Below are positions 61,273 through 64,000 of a stretch of DNA of 64,000 bases, in pieces. The stretch covers positions 74,999 to 138,998 of the forward strand of contig VFJZ01000005.1 in NCBI GenBank assembly GCA_009885805.1, in the 5' to 3' direction. The notes beneath the pieces are model-generated. The model searched no databases. It was not told the origin of the DNA and saw only the letters and a list, made by a program, of their open reading frames with translations. Each line of letters opens with the position of its first letter. Position 1 is the first letter of the stretch. A program made the translations under genes and the position numbers. The DNA comes from Actinomycetota bacterium. Its GTDB lineage: Bacteria; Actinomycetota; Thermoleophilia; Gaiellales; F1-60-MAGs149.

Positions 61273-62081
61273 GATTCGAGCCGCTGCTCGACCTGCCGGG
61301 CGTCCTCGAGCCGGACGCGCTCGTCTTCGCCTTCGCCTCCGAGCGGCTCCTCCTGATCGGCAACGACCTGCCCAGCCTCGCCCGGCTGGGCCCGCTCGAC
61401 CCGCTGCCGCTCGGGCGGCTCGACGGCCGGCTCTGCCTGGCGGTGGCGCTCGATCCGACCCACGAACCCGAGTCGGGCACCTCGCTCGACGCCCTGCGCG
61501 ACGCCTGGGGCCGGCTCGACGAGCCGCTCTGGACGATGGCGGGGCGCGCCCTGCAGACACTGGCATGGGCCCGCGACCATGCTCACTGCGGACGCTGCGG
61601 CACGCCGACCGCAAAGCTCCCAGGCGAGCGGGCCCTGGCGTGCACCTCATGCGGCGTCGCCGCGTATCCTCGCCTGTCGCCGGCGATCATCGTCCTCGTC
61701 CGGCGCGGCGACGAGGTGCTCCTCTGCCACGGCACCCGCTTCCCGTCCCGGATGTACTCCTGCCTGGCCGGCTTCGTCGATCCGGGCGAGTCGCTGGAGG
61801 AGGCGGTGCATCGCGAGATCCGCGAGGAGGCCGGGATCGAGATCGACGACGTGACGTACGTGTCGTCCCAGCCCTGGCCGTTCCCGAACTCGCTGATGGT
61901 CGGTTTCACGGCGCGGTACGCGGGAGGCGACCTGACGCTCGACCCGTCGGAGATCGTCGACGGCGGCTGGTTCTCCCGCGAGGCGCTGCCCGAACTGCCG
62001 CCGTATCCGTCGATCGCGCGCCACCTGATCGACGGCTGGATCGACGGTGCCGACGCGCCTGCCGCTCAGCGCACGTCGTAG
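61269..62081 (+). CDS. nudC: NADH pyrophosphatase (Nudix, zinc-ribbon type)
   Basis: 'HCGRCGTPTAKLPGERALACTSCG' (zinc ribbon) and the Nudix box 'GFVDPGESLEEAVHREIREEAGI'. Confidence 0.85.
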   Translation: MRFEPLLDLPGVLEPDALVFAFASERLLLIGNDLPSLARLGPLDPLPLGRLDGRLCLAVALDPTHEPESGTSLDALRDAWGRLDEPLWTMAGRALQTLAWARDHAHCGRCGTPTAKLPGERALACTSCGVAAYPRLSPAIIVLVRRGDEVLLCHGTRFPSRMYSCLAGFVDPGESLEEAVHREIREEAGIEIDDVTYVSSQPWPFPNSLMVGFTARYAGGDLTLDPSEIVDGGWFSREALPELPPYPSIARHLIDGWIDGADAPAAQRTS

Positions 62082-63700
62082 ACGATGACGCCGTCGATCG
62101 GGCGCCCGGTCAGCCCGGCTTCCCGCAGCAGCGCGGCGTAGGTGAACCCATGGCGGGCGTCGACGATCACGTGCGTCACGTGCTTGGCGGCGAGGAGGCG
62201 TCGTAGCCCGGCGCTGTCAACGGCCGGCCGCGTGACGTCGTACAACTGCGGGAGGATCGGCTCGGACGAGTACCACGTCGGCACGACGCTCGACGCGTAG
62301 CCACCAGCCTGGCGGAACGCCATGCCGGTCTTCGCCTGCCAGTACATGCCGTTCGCGAGGAACCCGTACGGCAGGAGCAGGACGACCGGTTCGCGGCCGA
62401 GCGCCGTCTCGGCGCGGCCGTTCAGGAAGAAGGCCGGTGGCTCGAGCCGGTGCCACCAGAAGCCGGCCGCAAGCGTCGGCGTCAGCATCACGATGCCGAG
62501 CAGCGCGACGGCCGAGCGGACGACGCCGAGGCGCGCCGGTGTCGCCAGCATGAGCGCCACCATCACCGCCAGCGCGAGCCAGGCATGGACGACGAACCGC
62601 GTCGGCAGGGCGAGGTCGAGCAGCGGCAGGTCGTCGACGAGGCCCCACGGGAGCGGCGGCCCGACCGACCCCGCCACGACGAGGCGCGAACCGAGCGCGC
62701 AGACGACGGCGACCAGCGCCACCAACGGCAGCAGGCGACCGGCGAACGTGCGGCGGGCCGTGACGGCGAACGCCACCGCCAGTCCGAGCAGTGGCAGTGG
62801 CATGTAGCCGAGTTGCTCGGTGACGTTCCCGGTGAAGCGCGCACTGGTCGGGGCGAGGAGCCCGCCGCCGATCTCCGTCACCCCGGTCGGAACGACGAGG
62901 TTGGCGAGGTCGAGGACGTAGAAGCCCGGACTGAGGCGGTCGGCGATCGGATTCGGATGAGCGAAGGCCGCGTACAGGTACGGCGAGACGACGGCCATCG
63001 CAACCAGCCCGCCGGCAGCAATCCGGACCGCCGTCCGCACGAGTGTCGGTCGCAGATCGGGTCCGGCGAGGACGATCGCGAGGAGACCGGCGAGGCCCCC
63101 GAACAGAACGAGGCCGAGCAGCATCTCCGTGAAGATCAGGAACTGCGCCACGAAGACGGCGGCGATCGCGAGCACGAACCGCCGATCGCCGATCCGTCCT
63201 GAGGCGTGCCGCAGTACGAGCAGCGCTGCCAGTGGCAGGGGGAAGACGAGCGCGAGGTTGAGGTGGTTCTGCATCTCGACCGTCACGTAGCTGGAGAAGC
63301 CGAACACCGCCCCGCCGGCGAGCGCCGGCCCGACCCGACCGCATGCCTCGCGGCAGAGCAGGTAGCAGCACCAGGCCGCCAGGGGCGGCGCGGCCAACGC
63401 GAGGAGGTTGTAGGCGACCTCCGGTCCAGCCGTCGCCGTGACCGGTGCCATCAGCACGGCCGGTAACGGAATGACCGTCGCCCAGGCGAGGTTGAAGCCC
63501 TCCGGGGAGAAGATCAGATCGGTCAGGAACGGACTCTCGGCACCCTGGAGAACGCGCTTCCAGTGCACCAGGCTCCACATGAAGAAACCCTGATCCGAGC
63601 CGAAGCGGCCGACGACGGTGTCGCTGGCGTCGCCGAACACGATCCCGCGCCCGAAGAGCAGGACCGACCCGACGGTGTAGAGCGCAAGTGCCCGCACCAT
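62066..63700 (-). CDS. Large polytopic membrane protein (possible GT-C-type glycosyltransferase)
   Basis: 544 aa, with about 12 or more hydrophobic segments followed by a soluble C-terminal domain. The functional call is tentative. Confidence 0.65.
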   Translation of the reverse strand: MVRALALYTVGSVLLFGRGIVFGDASDTVVGRFGSDQGFFMWSLVHWKRVLQGAESPFLTDLIFSPEGFNLAWATVIPLPAVLMAPVTATAGPEVAYNLLALAAPPLAAWCCYLLCREACGRVGPALAGGAVFGFSSYVTVEMQNHLNLALVFPLPLAALLVLRHASGRIGDRRFVLAIAAVFVAQFLIFTEMLLGLVLFGGLAGLLAIVLAGPDLRPTLVRTAVRIAAGGLVAMAVVSPYLYAAFAHPNPIADRLSPGFYVLDLANLVVPTGVTEIGGGLLAPTSARFTGNVTEQLGYMPLPLLGLAVAFAVTARRTFAGRLLPLVALVAVVCALGSRLVVAGSVGPPLPWGLVDDLPLLDLALPTRFVVHAWLALAVMVALMLATPARLGVVRSAVALLGIVMLTPTLAAGFWWHRLEPPAFFLNGRAETALGREPVVLLLPYGFLANGMYWQAKTGMAFRQAGGYASSVVPTWYSSEPILPQLYDVTRPAVDSAGLRRLLAAKHVTHVIVDARHGFTYAALLREAGLTGRPIDGVIVYDVR

Positions 63701-64000
63701 CAGCTCCAGGTGAGTTCGACCGCAGCGAGCAGGCTGTCGCCGCCGTCTCCCTCGACGGGCGCGATGACCCGGAGCGCTATCGCGCCCGGCGCGACCTGGA
63801 GGTCGCGCTCGGCCTGTTCGGGCGGGACGACCGCGACGCGCGGGACGCGGCCAGCGACCCGACCGAGCCCGAGCACGTCCGAGCGGGCGCCCTCGATGAC
63901 GTAGAACGCCGCCAGCACGAGCGCGATCAGGTACGGATTGTCGCGCTGGTCGCCGAACGCCAGCCGCTCCCGCGTCCGCTGGGTCGCGTCGACGAGGAAC
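63700..64000 (-). CDS. Hypothetical protein, C-terminal part (gene runs off the right edge)
   Basis: The reading frame is open to the window edge. Its stop overlaps the downstream ATG by 1 nt (TGATG at 63698..63702). No family recognised. Confidence 0.4.
   Translation of the reverse strand, partial: FLVDATQRTRERLAFGDQRDNPYLIALVLAAFYVIEGARSDVLGLGRVAGRVPRVAVVPPEQAERDLQVAPGAIALRVIAPVEGDGGDSLLAAVELTWS

Overview
The window is very GC-rich (about 70% by eye, with third codon positions almost all G/C) and looks like an actinobacterial chromosome segment. It carries about 70 protein-coding genes on both strands. I recognised no rRNA, tRNA or CRISPR array. The six-frame track is full of long antisense 'shadow' ORFs. 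I called real genes from recognisable family motifs and from a pervasive pattern of 1- or 4-nt stop/start overlaps (ATGA, GTGA, TGATG; more than 20 cases) that chains genes into operons.

Main content, left to right:
- Split TSUP transporter, pterin dehydratase, NAPRTase-family gene, FtsH paralog, methylmalonyl-CoA epimerase, PAP2, DUF1989, and DMT and MFS transporters.
- A thioredoxin-TPR gene and a GNAT gene, divergent from an acyl-CoA dehydrogenase x2, TetR and MFS operon. A perfect 14-bp palindrome sits in the shared promoter region.
- A methylated-amine, sarcosine and N-methylhydantoin-type catabolic cluster: TMADH-like flavoprotein, DAO oxidase, monomeric sarcosine oxidase, SDR, HyuA and HyuB.
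- An agmatinase, DUF815 and rpiA operon, then OsmC.
- A MauE/MauD-fusion and MauA-like operon.
- M42 peptidase, hydratase, MFS, a heavily decayed AlkP-family pseudogene, Lon, HxlR, HAD, a large SF2 helicase, LOG, and a class II aldolase.
- A tandemly duplicated FtsX permease pair with a frameshifted ABC ATPase.
- An L,D-transpeptidase, then housekeeping genes (GluQRS, YciH, PHP, NudC).

Most interesting observations:
1. An orphan MauA-like (tryptophylquinone small-subunit-like) operon lacks MauB and MauG. It contains a membrane-anchored propeller protein whose first TM segment is separated from the rest by an in-frame TGA followed by a hairpin.
2. Two recombinase-less, lower-GC cargo islets of about 1 kb each sit just downstream of a host gene's stop codon. 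Each is bounded distally by a diverged ~100-bp direct repeat of that gene's 3' end. One splits hyuA from hyuB and, with the adjacent vapBC pair, places two toxin-antitoxin-like pairs between them. The other follows the ldt gene and carries a G10 tract, a secreted protein and a frameshifted metzincin.
3. The ABC permease gene was tandemly duplicated, leaving a footprint of the ATPase 3' end.
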